Origin: Cyanophora paradoxa CCMP329
Lineage: Eukaryota; Plantae; Glaucophyta
Direction of reading: 5' to 3'
DNA length: 64,000 bases
Assembly (NCBI GenBank): GCA_004431415.1
Contig: QPMI01000460.1
Span: forward strand, 61,170 to 125,169
Part shown: piece after piece, positions 1-13,600 of the stretch
Layout: each line of letters begins with the position of its first letter
Position numbering within the stretch: the first letter of the stretch is position 1
The notes under the pieces: model-generated
Told to the model about the DNA's origin: nothing
Seen by the model: only the letters and a program-made list of their open reading frames with translations
The model's database searches: none
Position numbers and translations under genes: made by a program

Positions 1-12
1 ATAAAGCGTGAC

Positions 13-73
13 ACGGACCACAACTTTGTTTTTGGTGAATTACCGGCCACAGTCTCTAGACGGACCACAACTT
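13..73 (-). mobile_element. Very short retroposed (SINE/5'-truncated LINE-like) insert with A-rich tail and 14-bp target-site duplication
   Basis: ACGGACCACAACTT at 13-26 and 60-73 flanks a T-tract plus GGTGAATTACCGGCCACAGTCTCTAGA; 29-61 is identical (33 bp) to 23812-23844. Confidence 0.7.
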
Positions 74-574
74 GGTCCACAAGGCCTAGGTGAGTATTTA
101 TGCGAGATTAATATTGATCGCGAGGCCGGGGGCCGCGCCGCGGCCCGCGCGGCCCGCGGCCCGCGCGCGCGGGGCCCGCGGGGAGTCGGGGACCCGGTTG
201 ATAAAAAAAAAACAACTGTTGATCATCGCCCCAAACTGAAGAGCAACCCGAACTCAGAAGGCTGATCGATCGTGAGTAATGCATGAGACTCATGTAGGCG
301 TAAATTGCCGACAGGCCAAATTCGGCAATTTAGTACAACGGCAATTGCTTAGGGGGTAGAAATTTTCTTAGTCCGCCATAGGGCACTGCGGCAGAAATCC
401 GGATTTGGCAATACCGGTTTTCGACGGATTCGGCAATTCTACCACGCGGCAATTTAGCTACGTCTACAGTAGTAGCAGGCTACTACCGACGTCTACCGTC
501 GGGCACTTAATTACTCCGGCATCAATTAAATTAACGCAGCCGGCGCCGGAGTCGATGTCCGACGGTCGGTACTC

Positions 575-685
575 AGCCCACTCAGGAGTCAGGAGTCAGG
601 ACTCAGGAGTCGGGAGTCCGAGTCGGGACTCGGGACTCGGGAGTCGGGATTCGGGAGTCGGGACCGTCGGACTCGAGTCGGGAGT
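575..685. repeat. Degenerate 6-7 bp tandem repeat (GGAGTCA/GGAGTCG/GGACTCG)
   Basis: Directly visible imperfect tandem units. Confidence 0.6.
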
Positions 686-1372
686 AGCCTACTAGTAGTA
701 GTAGGGCTCGCAGCCGCCGAGTCGGACGTCGCGATCGACGCTCCGACGACAGACTGTCGACAGTGGGTCCGAGTCGACCGTCGGACGTAAGTATACGCGT
801 CGGGCCGGGCCGTTCACGTTGTCGGCCTACTAGGCAGCTGAGTCTAGGCTACCTGGGAGTCTGGGACCTGGGTAGGCTGGACTCGGCCGGCGCCGCCCAT
901 ATGCATGGCCATGGCCAGTAGCCGATCACGAAGCTTAAGGGAGCGGCGGGTACGCCGGGTACTATAGCTACGGAAGTACAGACTCTAGATCTGAGAATCG
1001 TGTACGTATTTACATGTACAGATGCCATGATGTATACATATGTATACTGGCAGACTGTGCCAGACTCTACTGAGAAATTTTGCCTTGGCCATGGGGACTG
1101 GCCCCAGTGGGGGAGCCGGCGCCGGCGCATGCAAGTTGCGGCAACATGTACAGGTCTGTAAACTGTAGTCTGTTGGGCGGCTACTAGCTATAGGGCCTCA
1201 AGCTCGAAGGGTTGCTTCTGGAATCCTGTATTGGTCGAATTCGACATTCGGAAGCTGCGAAGTTTTATTTACGAACGCAGCGGCCCGGCGGGCAGCAGCT
1301 GAGCAGATCTACGGCTAGATCGTGTCGACGTCAAATATCGTCGTCGACTGTCTTGTGTGCGGATCCCCGAAA

Positions 1373-4300
1373 ATGCGGCTGCAGCTAGTGCACGTGAGCA
1401 AGCCGGCTCCAGCGTTAGCGGCGATCGCGATATGCGCGGTCGTGTGCGCGTGTATCATCGCCCCAGCTGATGGCGCGACGACTGTCGCGACAGTGGTGCC
1501 GACAGCCGGTTGCCTTCTCCCAGTCTCGATCAGCGCGTCGGCGCCGTACACAGACCTGGCGTTCAAACTCGTGTCGGCCGCCAACTCGAGCCTCTGCGTC
1601 GAAGTCGTTGCGAATCCAGCAGGCACCGGAGACCCAATCTGGAAGCTCATGGACTGCAGTGCGCGCAAAATCGGGGGATCCGCTTATATTCGAATTCAAT
1701 ATAAATAATGCAACGCGCATTATCGATCACGAATACGCACGCGTTTGATATACGTACCTATAAAACTTGTCTGCCCGATGCACCATATGCATGGCACTCT
1801 TGATCTGAGCCAGTTTTATTTGCGTATGCGCAATTAACATCGATCACATGAATGAAGAAGCTCAGCGGCTTCCAGCTGCAGGCTGATCGCGTTGAAGAAG
1901 AAGATCGATCTTATCCATCAATCATGCGTATATATGAAGAAGCTGATCGCGCTGAAATGCAGCCAGCGGGATGGATACGTCGGGCACCCAATGGTTCCGC
2001 TCCCGTCAGCTCCCATTCAACGCATCGTACATTGCGCTCCTGGATGCGTACTACGATTACGGCACGGGTTTTGACATCGGATACAACTGGAAAGGCTGCG
2101 ACAACGGCGACTGTTTTCAAGCAGACGAACTGGCGAGCTCCCAGATTAATATTCCTCATAATCAGAGCTGAGAGCGTTCAGCGGCTATCTTACGCTTGTA
2201 TAATATATATAATTACCTCGCCCTTTTATATGCATTAATTTGTAGCGGTTACGCATACATATGAATCGTGATCATGACATGATGACGTCGACTTGAACAG
2301 GTGTTCAGCTTCGAACAACCTTTGTTGGGGGACTCGCCATCAACCGAGGACTTCGAAACAAATTACGATCACATGATTCAATTTACGGTACGGGTTCCAG
2401 CACGCGCGTATGCGCGCGCAAGCTTAAGTGATTCCGGAATTCCCTGCAATTTCATGTGACGTCTCATAATTAGGTACACAACGCGACCGCCGGTGTCATC
2501 ACGATTATATCCCGCGCCGACACCTCTTACGGCGTGGCTGCGCCCATCGGAACCTACGCGTCTGCGGGAAGCGACCAGCTGCTTATGAAGACCCTCCCGG
2601 CTAATGTGCCTGCGGAAATGCAGTGGGGGATGTTCAGCACCTGCAACGTGCCGGTGTGCCCTCGCGATCGCGATCGCGATCGCGATCGCGCGTTTTCGGA
2701 ATTCACGTCGGCTTGCTAATAGTAATTTCAATCTTGCAGACCCCGAGCCCGTCGCCTTCTGCAAGCCCCTCGGCGACCCCGTCCCCCAGCGCGACTCCGT
2801 CCCCCAGCGCTGCGCCCGCTGCGGCGCCGGCGCCGGCGCCGTCGCCGTCGCCGCTGACGGCGCCGTCCTCGAGCTCGCCAATCGTAAGCGCGGCGACGCC
2901 AAGCCCGACGCCCAGCACTAGTGCTGCAGCTGGCGACCCCGCACCAACGCCGACCCCTCTCGCGGCTGCAAGCGCTGGCGACGGTGAGCTCAGCACACGC
3001 GCTGCTGCTGCGGTACATGCATCTGCATCGGTACATGCGTCTTACAGCAGATAACGTACAGATGCGCCGACGGGAGGATCGTGCTCGGTCTCGCCAACCT
3101 CCGTCCAGTCTGGAATCGATAAAGTAACGGTGAGCGCTTGCTCCCATTCGCTTCGATTAATTTTTTATATATAGATTAACAACATTTAACGTTACTCACG
3201 AATGATTGCAACCGGTACCAGGTTACTTGTTCAGGCTGGCAATCGAGCTCGACGCCGTTGAAGTGCGTATCCGCATGTGCAGCGCACCTGCGCATGCAGG
3301 CTGAAAAGAACATTCGCGTTTGCGCGTCCAGGTACACGGTCACTTCCGATGCCTCCAGCGGCCCCCTCGCGCTCGATATTCTGAGCGAGACAATCATCTT
3401 TTTCTTCCCCGATGTGAGCACATGTATATTATACTGAGCGATTCTCATGCTCTCTTCTAGATCTGAGTTTCTTCGGGACGCTTGCAATTGCGCAGCTTGG
3501 GGCGACCGCAACGGCGAAGCTCACTGTGTCCGTGGAGAACGCCAAAAACCGCGCGACGCGCTACACAATCGATACCGCCGTTGAAGTCCGACCTCTCGTC
3601 TCCAACACCGGCAGTGCCGTCGAGAATTTCAATGTGCGTCTCTAGCTCGATCTGATGATGCCAATTGCAAGAGGATGCATTTATATATAATTATTATTTA
3701 CGATTCCGAATCCCCTCCAGAGCGCTGTCGAAGCCGTGAACAAGGAGGTTACTGCCATTCTCAATGTGCGTAAGCGCGCTTGCTAGTGCTCATGATATGT
3801 GCTTTCGAAAAGCTCTAACGATTTAACGGTCGCCCTCAGAGCAGCGATGACTTTGCCACAAAGATGGGCAAGATCCTCGCTCTGGTCAACACGCTCAAGG
3901 ACCGCTACAGCAAGGCGACCGGCCAGACCTTCCGCAGCCGCCGTTCAACCCGCGCGGCGTCCTCGGACCTCCTCCTTTCATTCTCGTCCGCGCTCACCAA
4001 TGTCATGAATGTATGCCGGCGCCTTCACTGCGATGCCGGGGTTGCTGATTCACGTTCAAATTTTCGCAGGCCGTCACGGCGGAAGCCACGAAGTCCGGCG
4101 TGAACCTCAAAGATGCCTCCGTAAGCAACGTTAACCGCGCGCAATATTTAATTAATGCTCATCCATCTTGGTTGAAGTTCTAGATTGCGTAGATCTAGAC
4201 TTGATTAAGTTCTTGACTAATGATAATCTATCTTGATTAAGTTCTTGACTAATGATAATCTATCTTGATTAAGTCGTCGATATCAATCGTATTCGTAGAC

Positions 4301-5914
4301 TGCCGGGGCGCTGGTGACGTTCTTCTCCACGGTTGCCCCTGTCGCTGCCAAGACTGGCGCTGTCTCGGTGAGCATTTCGAGTTCGTGGATCTAGATTGAG
4401 GCCTAGATAAATACATATAGAGCTGCCCTGTCGCCAAAACGCCGATTAAACGCGATTGGTTTTGCAACGTTAACGTTAACTGCAGGAAGCGACGGCGATC
4501 AAGGGGGCGACGCTGCTCATGGACGTCATCAAAGCCAACCCCGTACGCGTACCACGCTTAATTCAATATAAGCTTTAAGTATATGTACTCTCCGATTCGA
4601 ACCGTGACATGCGTTAAACGTTGGGCTCGATCAGAACCTGGCCACCACTCAAGGCATCGACGCCAAGGTACTAGGGCTCCCAGAACTCCGCTTTCGCTGC
4701 CTTGTATTTGGTGATTGCTTAACAACTCCGCGCAGAGCCTCCAGACGAGCCTGTCGGGCCTGCTGGCCGCGATTCCAGCCTCCTCGACGGCGGCGGCCGA
4801 CATCCGATCCGAGACGCAGGCTGCTCTCAACAAAGTGGCCGCTCAGGTAGGAGACGCGATTAAGCTTTAGCTTGTTAATTATAAGCATCACATGTACAAC
4901 TGCAAGACATCGAATTTTCTTAATGTAAGCCGATGTGCAGATTGTGCTCTCCAGCCCGGAGACTCCGTGCGGAAAACAGACCCGGGCCTCGGATATCGAC
5001 CCCTCGGCTTTCAAGGTTAGTTCAGGGCACCCCTCCTTCAGAGCACCCCTCTTAACGGTAACCGCAACCGGCGCCGTTGACGTCCCCATGCCAGATCTGC
5101 ACCGGAGCTGCGACGCGGACCTTCGACAACATCGACAACGCACCCGGCGCCGCGGTGCGCGCGCGCACGTTATATAGTTACACCGCCGTACACTACGCAT
5201 TGCCCGTGCTTCTCCTCCACGGCCATCTGACGCCTGCGGCTGTTGTCGCGCATGCATGCTCAGATCACGTTCCCGACGGATGTCTCGACCTCTAGTTTCC
5301 AGGTCAATATGAATATATCCGGGAATTCGATCGCGATGGGACCTTGAACTGAACCTTTGCTTTCGCCATCAGGCTCTGGTGAACAGGCTCTCCGCCTCCT
5401 CATTCCCGTCGCCGGGAACCGGGTTCCGCCTGGTTTCCGACGTCTACGACGTCTCCGCCACTGGCCTCGACGGCACAGGCAACGCCGTCCCGATCACCAA
5501 ATTCACCTCGGGCGTTGGCTTCCGCCTGCCCACGTCCGTCGCGACCAGCGGGCAGTCGGTGTCCCTCGTATTTTACGACGTAGTCGGGAAGAAGTGGGAG
5601 ACTTGCAGCGCGGCTACTGCTGACGGAGGCGCATACACGGCGACCTGCCCGCATCTGACTCCGGTGCGTCCAAATTAAACCATATGCATGCCCAATTGCA
5701 AGTCCAGCGAAGTGGACGTTAATTTGCGCTTGCGCAGTTCGCTCTCCGAGAGACGGTCGCGGCTACCGCAAACAATGTCCCGTACTGGTACAGTGGCACC
5801 TCGCGGCTTCAGCCCGCCTTGGGCTCGGTGTTCGCGGCGACTCTGGCCGCCGCCTCCGCGCTTCTGCTGCGGCTGGCGATTACTGGGCGGATTTTCGCTT
5901 ACATATTTATTTAA
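1373..5914 (+). CDS. Multi-exon secreted/cell-surface protein: signal peptide, Cys-containing N-terminal region, Pro/Ser/Thr stalk, GPS (GAIN) autoproteolysis-like motif, C-terminal hydrophobic anchor
   Basis: ATG 1373 followed by hydrophobic LAAIAICAVVCACII; TPSPSPSASPSATPSP stalk ~2740-2980; W-E-T-C...T-C-P-H-L-T-P then a GT..AG intron (5664-5737) joins to FALRE..., ending in LGSVFAATLAAASALLLRLAITGRIFAYIFI* (TAA 5912-5914); internal exon boundaries not fully resolved. Confidence 0.65.
4200..4273. repeat. 31-bp tandem duplication (intronic), ~2.4 copies
   Basis: CTTGATTAAGTTCTTGACTAATGATAATCTA repeated. Confidence 0.8.
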
Positions 5915-7648
5915 AGTATTTCAAAGCGGGCGCGGCCCAAATAGACGAATACCGAGTTTCCTCCTCGTTCAACATGCATATGCTGCGATGTAGCGCTACA
6001 ATGTTACCAGGAGTCCTAGTTAATGTTGCTGCGATCGATCCAGTACAAGTGTTCTTTACAACGCATGCGCTCGTAGCTCGGTTCCATGCATTCTGATTTC
6101 GCAGCATTTCTTAAATAGATTTCGAATTTTTTCGCCTTTCGATTTTTCTTTTGATATGTACGCTGTGTCAGGGAATGTCCGAATAAATCACAGCCCTCCA
6201 GTCGCAGAGCGCAGGGGTTGACACATCTCGTGCAATCGTCTTAACTTTAGCTTTTCGCGGTAATTTGCAGGCCGCCCGGCAGTTGGCGCCGTTTCTGGAT
6301 ACCAGTACTGCAGGGGGCACAAATTAAAATCGAAAGCAAGGACCCTCCGACTAAGACAAAAGCAAGAAGAAGACGAAGACGATCATTGGATCGCGAAGAG
6401 CCGAATATGACGAAGATCGCGGCTTAAAACAATCGCAGCCCCCCAGTCGATGTCGCTACCCTCCAGTCGCAGAGCGCTCGCAGAGTGCTGGGACCGACAC
6501 ACTTCGTGTAATCGTCTTTTTTGGTGAATTACGTAAAAGGCCATCGTGGGGGGCCTCCCAGGGGGCGCGAAATCGAACCCGGTGTGAATTCGAAGTTGGT
6601 GTGAAGTTGGTAACTGCAACTGCAGCTGCTGGAACCCGCTGTGAAGTTCAACCGGTTACGCCGCGGGTAGCCTTTCGCAGATCTAGAAGGGGTACGGCGC
6701 GCTTGTCAAAGGGGAGGGCCGGTTCGTCCCCGGAGGCCGATCGCGAGCATCACAGTCACGGGGTCCGAATTCGAAGGGGAAGCTTTAAGACGCGAGGGGG
6801 TTCGACCCTTAGAGAATTAGAAGGCAAGGAAACAAATGACGAGGAGTGGATCCGGACCACCCCCGGCCCTTCAGCTGTCACCCGCCCTCTAGATCTGCTC
6901 GCAACGCGTGTTTTCGACATATGCATGTACAGCTGAAGCTTTAATTCGAGCGCTCGCAATCGGACCGGACCGCGCAGGCCCAAGCTGAAGGCGAGTGCTC
7001 GCGATCGCAATCGCACCGCACCGTACCGTACCCAGGCCTAGGCCTTCTGCCGGGGTGCACGAATGCCGAGCTTCAGCTCGGTGCACGCAGGCCGCCGCCC
7101 TCCTCTCCAAAGCGCCCTAGGCCTCCCCTCGAGCTCGCCTTGAATTAATATTCCGCCTCGACGTGAGCACGGCTGCGCAGGCGCATGAGTGCTGGCAGAG
7201 GCGCCGGCGCCTGACAGCTACGCGCGAGGGGCGCGCGGTACGCCCGACCCGGCGGCCGTCGCAGACTGAAATCCCTCGCGCCGGCCTCGCGCCTCGCGAT
7301 CGGGCGGGCGGGTACCGGTGCCCCGCGCCGCCTCTGGCCCCGCGGCCTCCGTATGTTCCATGTATGTGGGTGTGAAGCGACTCCGGATCCATATTCGAAT
7401 TCGCTCCCCTTTTAAATTTCCGCTCCCTACTGTACTTTTATTTACTGTCAGTCATGAAACTGCTGCTTCGAATTCCAACTGTATATGGCTAATGAAAGTG
7501 GTTCATAGCGGTTGGGAGGGTAGGGGGGGAGGGGCCGGGGAGGCCGGGGTTGAAACTGTTGGAGCTCGCTGTATACTTGAACGCTAACGTGAACCAGTTA
7601 AATTACGCATCTGCAGCGTAGCCCTCGCTTTCGCAGGCTCAGTCGTGT

Positions 7649-10600
7649 TCAGGGGACCCGGCGGGCGGCCTCGCGGGCGATGCGGGCGCCGAGGGCGTCG
7701 CCATAGAGACCGAAGCAGTGCTCAGCGGCCTCCAGCAGCGCGGCCGCCGGCGACGGGCGCGGCTGCGTCTGCGGCTGAGGGGCAGAGGACCCCTTGATCT
7801 GGTCCAAGTCGAAGTCGGGGCCGATCGCGATCGGGAGCGGGGGCGGGGCCGGCGCCGCGCGCGCAGGGGCGCCGGCGGTGTGGAGGGCGGCGAACAGGAG
7901 CCCCAGGGCGCAGTCCCGCGGCCGCCGCGGGGGGCTCGAGCTCGGGCCCGAGCCGGCCCGGCTAGGGAGCCGGCCTCGGATCCGGATCCGGCCCAGCCGC
8001 CGAGGGCCGCCGCCGCCAGGAACCGATCCCGCGCCCGCGCCGCCCGCGCCGCGCGCACGCTGAGCGCGAGTCCCTCCACGAACGCCGCGGCGCCCGCCGC
8101 CTGTCGCGGGGCGCGAAATACCGGTCAGAGCACGGAACCACAAGCTGATAAGGGAGCGCGTCTGCTCGAGTTCTTCTATAGCTACGTAAACGCGCTCGGA
8201 TTTCGATCTACATATATATTCGTTCCACCGTACGCGTTGCGTTCGGATTCGCACCGTCTCGTTCCACCTCGCGCCCAAGCGGGCGGCCGTGTCGAGGATC
8301 TCCGCCAGCTCCCCAGGGGAGGCGTCGACGTCGGTATCGACCCCGGCGCCCCCGGCCGGGCAGGGCGCCCCCGGCGCCGGAGTCGGCGCTTGCGCCGCGG
8401 CGTCCCGAGGGGGCAGGAAGAGGGGGGCGAAGGGGGCGGCGGGGTGGGCGCGGGCGGCGGGGGCGTCGGAGAGGAGCCAGGCGACGAAGAGGACCGTCGC
8501 GGCCTCGCACACGAAGTCCGGCTGCCCGGAATCGAACCCGATCCGATCCGGAATCTAAACTTAGACCGCGACAGCGATCGCGAGAAGCGATGCACAGTGC
8601 AGGGGAAGCCATGTATTCAGCCAGCCATATTTAAAACGAAGCGCGGGGGACGGAAGCTCAAGCCTATTGGGCTATTAATCTAGACATATATCGGACATAT
8701 ATATATGGATAGGTGGCTAAAAATAGCCGGGGGCACGGCGCACCTCGACGACCCCCGAGACCTTGTTCCGGTCGCCCGCGAGGATGCGGATCGCCCGCCC
8801 CGCCGCCTGCCGCGGTCGCGCGGTCAGCCCTCGAGGCGGCCGGCTCGAGGATCGGAGCTCGGATGGAAAGCTTTATGATCATCGATATCATTCTAGGCGC
8901 GCCTAGGGCGTTGTTCGCTGCTGCTGCTGTCTAGATCTATACTTTAAGCCAAGTGCGCTGTAGTTTGGGATCGACGCGCCTGGACGGCGGAGAGGCCGCT
9001 GCGGGGCGCGGGGGCGCGGGGCCCGAGGGCGGCGAGGAGGGCGCGGGCGTGGGCGGCGTGGAAGAGGGCGCGGCCGACGGGCGCCACGCTCGGGAAGCCG
9101 TCCCGCAGGCGCCCCAGGCAGAACTCCTCCGCCGCCTGTCCCGCGCCGCTGATCAAGAGGGCCCGGCCCAGACCTCGAGGGGCGGGCGGACCTGGAGGGC
9201 CTCGCGGGCCCGGCCCTGCATGCTCCGGGCCGAGACCAGCGCCGCCTGCGGCCCCGCTCGCAATCCATCAGCCCCGGCCCCGGAGCGGGCGATCCGCCCG
9301 CGAGCCTCGGAGCGGAACGATCCGTCCCGAAGCTTTAATCGAGGACCAAACCCAAGAGTATAAGGAAGCCGCCCGGCCGACGACGGGCCGGGCACCCATG
9401 AGCCAATTCCAAGGCGCCCGGGGAGGCTGCCCCTTGAGGCAGCCGCGCCGCCCGGCCGGCGGGTGGCGATTGCGGGCGGGTGGGCGGCGACGGATTCGGA
9501 GGCGCGCTTAAGCTCGGGCTTGAGATGGCAGCGGGCGCTAATATAACTATATATGAGCGTGAGATACGTACTTATTATAAGGTAGCCTTCTTAAGGTGGC
9601 TAGCGCTGAGGCGCGCGAGGGGGGCGCGGACGGACCGTGGCGGCGATGGTGACGAGGTCGCCGGAGAGCTCCCCGTCCCGCCCCGTCTTCCCCAGCCCCG
9701 CCTGCGCAAACCGATTAGATTCGCGCCCTAGACTGTTGTCGGATTCTATATATAGTTTTGAATGTTCTTGGATTTAGTTCAGGGTTCCAGGGGGGAGGAG
9801 CGGGGGGCCCGCTCGCCTCCAGGAGGGCCGCGAGTCGCTCGAGGCCCGCGGCGGCCTCGCCGGCGCCTGCGCCGGGGCCCCCGGCCGGGCGCGCGCGCAG
9901 GCCGCTCTGGAAGCGGAACCAGCACGCCTCGAGCACGTCGCGCTGCACGTGCTGCGGGCGCGGGCGCGGGCGATCAGACGGGGCAGATCTAGAGGGGCGG
10001 GGCCAAGGAAGGCATGTTTGAGGGAAATCAAAGCGCGCCACGAGGCAGGAGAAAGTCTTGTAATAACTATGTGTTTTTAATATCAAAATCATGCAGTAGA
10101 TCTTATGATCATGAATAAATAAACAGATACGAGCGCGCCATGCGGAGGGCGGCGTCGGTGTAGAGGGCGCAGGCGCGCCCCGCGGCCTCCAAGTCCCCCG
10201 CGGCCAGCAGCGCGAACGAGGCCGCCCGGAGCACCTCCACGCCCCGCATGCCGGCGCAAACCTCCTCCCGGCCCAGCTCCTGCGCGGGCGGGCCGCTCTC
10301 AGCGAGCGCTCGAGTCGGGTCGGCGCTCTGTATTGCGCGCCATCGCGAACTCGGCGAAGGCGACGGCCTGGGAGCGCCGCTTGGGGAAGAGGAGCGCCAG
10401 GTTCGTGCCCTGCGCGCGTGCACGCATGCGCAGTCAGTCCCGCTCGAGCTCGCGGTCAATCGCAGGGCACGCGTCGCCGGTTGGAGTTCAAATTTTCCGG
10501 GGGTACCGGCCGGGGGAGGACGCTAGGGCGGGGGGGGGGGAGGGGATGCCGGCGCCCCGCCGTGGAAGGCCTAGGGGGGGGGGGGGGGGGGGAGAGAAGG

Positions 10601-13600
10601 GGAAGGGGGGGAGGGGATGGGGGTAAGAAAGGGGTTTGCGAGCTGCTCGGTCGTGGTGCGGTTGAAATGCGATCTGATCGCTGGCCCAACCCCGGCGGGG
10701 CGGGGCGGGCAAGGCGGGGCGAGGCGGAGCGGATCGGAGAGCTGGGCGGGCAGAGGCTGCGGATCCAGGCTATAGCTAAGGGATCCAGGCCTAGGTCTGG
10801 TATCCGTAGCGACAGGCAGCTAATTTAAGCGACGCGGGCGGGCGGGCAGGGCGGGGGCGTGGACGGGGGCGGGGGCGGGGCGCGGGGGCGGGGCGCACCG
10901 CCATGGCCGAGGCGACGGCAAGGAACCCCGGCCCCGGCCCCGGCCCGGGCCCCGGGCCGCCCCCGCCCCCGAGCCCGAGCTCGAGCCTCCGGGCGTGGCG
11001 GTAGAGGGCGAAGCCGCAGTAGAGGAACAGTGCGCCGTCCCCGCCCTGCATGGCCGCCTTGCGCAGCTCCAGCAGCAGGTGCGCGATTTCGAAGGAGGCG
11101 GCGTTCGACTTCGGACTACTTTGAGAGGGGGCCCGGGCCCGGGCCTGGGGGGCGCCCTGCAGGCGGGTACGGAGGGCCATGCACGTCACCGCGGACCAGA
11201 GGCCGAGCCGGCTCCTGAGTATAATATATAAGGCGGAAAGAGTGGGGAGAGAAGTCAAAGGCGCACGTGGGTACTCGGAACCCGAGGAGGGCGAGGGCCT
11301 CGCGGCAGTACCCCGCGGCGGAGGGGTACCGCCCCGTGCGGAGGCACACCTCGGCCAGGCCGGCCAGCCAGGCGGCGCGCGCCGGGGGCGGGGCGCCCGG
11401 GTACAGCGCGAGGAGGCTCCCGTACCCCTCCTCCGCCTCCGCGTTCGCGAAGCGGTCGAGGGCGGCGGCCGCGCAGCGCTCGAGGTAGGGCCGCGCCGCC
11501 GCGGCGTCCTCCGCCGCCAGCCAGTGGTACGCGAGCCGCCCCGCCGCCAGCCCGCCGCCGCTAGCCGCGCCGGGCGCGGACGGGCCGCCGACGCCGGGGG
11601 TCGACGGGTCCGCCGTCGATCCCGAAGACGGCATCGAGCCCGACGGCGGCTCGCGATCGCGGGCCTCGAGGAGCTCGGCAAAGGCCCTGTGCAGGCGGCG
11701 CCGCTCGGCGACGGGCAGCAGGCCCTCCACGACCTCGCGGAGGGGCGAGAGGGCGAACTCGTACGTGTACGCGCCCCCGGGCCCGCCGTCCCATCCGGGC
11801 TCGGGCTCGCCTCCAGAGCCAGAGAGGGTCTCGCGGAGGACGCCGGCCGCGCAGAGGGCGGCCAGGTCGCCCGCGAGGTCGTCGGGATCCGAGGTCGGCC
11901 CCCCGCTCCAGCTGTCCGGCGGCTGGCCGTGCCCGCGGCCGCGGCCGCGGACGCGGGGCACGATGGCGGCGATCTGCGGCGCCGCCGCGATCACGATTGT
12001 GAAGGCCGGCGCCCCGCGCGCCCCCGAATCATGATCTCGACGCACCTCCTCTGCGCTGAATCGCATCCCGACGCAGCTCGCAAGCTGCGGGGCGCTCGGC
12101 TCAGCTCGCAGTTGCGCTCGGGCGGCGGGGCGCCCGCCCGCGGGCCGGGTCCGGGCCGGGGGGGTACAAGGTCGGACCTTGAGGAGGAAGAGCTGGGAGG
12201 GGGCGAGGCGGTCGAGGCGCCAGAGGAGGGCGGAGCGGAGGCCGTCCGAGGGCCGCGGGTGCCTCAGGGCCCTCGGGTCCAGGGCGCAGGCGCCCGTGGC
12301 GGGGTCGACGCGCAGCGCCCCGTCCTGCACGAGCCGCTCAGCCGCGTCCGCCGCGATGAACGGCACCCCGCCCGACTCGTCCGCTGCCCGCGACCGCGAA
12401 AATGTGAAATTAAGCAGATGCCAGCGACGCGAATCGCATGGACGTCGAGAGGCTAGCGAGCAGCGCGGGCGGACCGATGAACTGGGCGGCCTCGGGGGGC
12501 AGCGAGGCGGCGCCGATGCGGGCGCAGGCGAGGCGCGCGGCCGTCGCGCCGTCCAGCGGGAGCAGCTCCAGCGCCTGGTGGCCCGGTACCCCCGCCAGCC
12601 TCTCCAGCAGGCCCGCCCCGGGCCCGGGCCCGGCCCCGGGCCCGCCGCCGCCGCCGCCGCCCCTCCGGCCCGTGACGAGCAGCAGGAGGCGCGCGGAGGG
12701 GCTCGCCCCCGCCTCCTGCGCCAGCAGCAGCAGCGCCGCCTGGCTCTGGCTGTCCGCGTCCGTCGCGTCTGCCGCGAAAAATCAGACATCGTTAACGTTT
12801 TCGCGCCGCGCCGCGAAAATCGATACCGCGAAAAACGCACCCTCGAAGACGACGAGGAGCGGCTGCTGGCCGGCGCCGGCGCCGGCGCCGGCGGCGCGCG
12901 AGAGGACGAGCCGCACGAGCGCCGCGCGCAGCTGCGCGGCGCGCACGTGCGTCGGGAGCGTCGCCGCCTTCGCCGCCGTCGTCGCCGCCGCCGCCGTCGT
13001 CGACGGGGGCGCCGCGGCTTTGCCGGCCCCTCCGCGGCCGGGTCGGGCCCGACGTCACTGGGAATCCAGGGGCGGTGTTTGGAGATGGAGGGCGGGCGGG
13101 TCGGCCCCGTCGATTTCGCGGGGTCGCAGCCGGCGCCGGGGGAGGGCAGGAGCTCCGCGAGGTCCGCCAGGACGCCCGGGTCGACCGCCGCCGCCGCAGA
13201 ATCCTCCGCCAAGAGCGGCTCCGCCTGCACTCGCGATCGCGACCCGGGCTGTCAAGCGCGCGCGAGAGAAAGAGAAACACAGGCTTAAGCTGTTCCGCCG
13301 CTGTTCTATTACTAATTATATCTATTTGGCTTAAGAAACACAGGCTGAATTGTATAAGCTGTTCCGCCGCGCACCTCGGGCATGCCCATGGGGAAGAGGG
13401 CGGCGAGGAGGGGCCGCCAGGCGGCGAACGGGTGCCGCTCGGTCGGGAGCCCCGCGGCGGAGGCCGTGCGCCAGCCCTCGGCCGCCGCCATCGCCGCCGC
13501 CGCCCGCGCCAGGGCCGACTTGCCCAGGCCCGTGTTCCCCGTCACGACCAGCAGCGACGTCGACGCCCGCGCCGGCGCCGGCGCCGGCGCCGGCGCCGGC

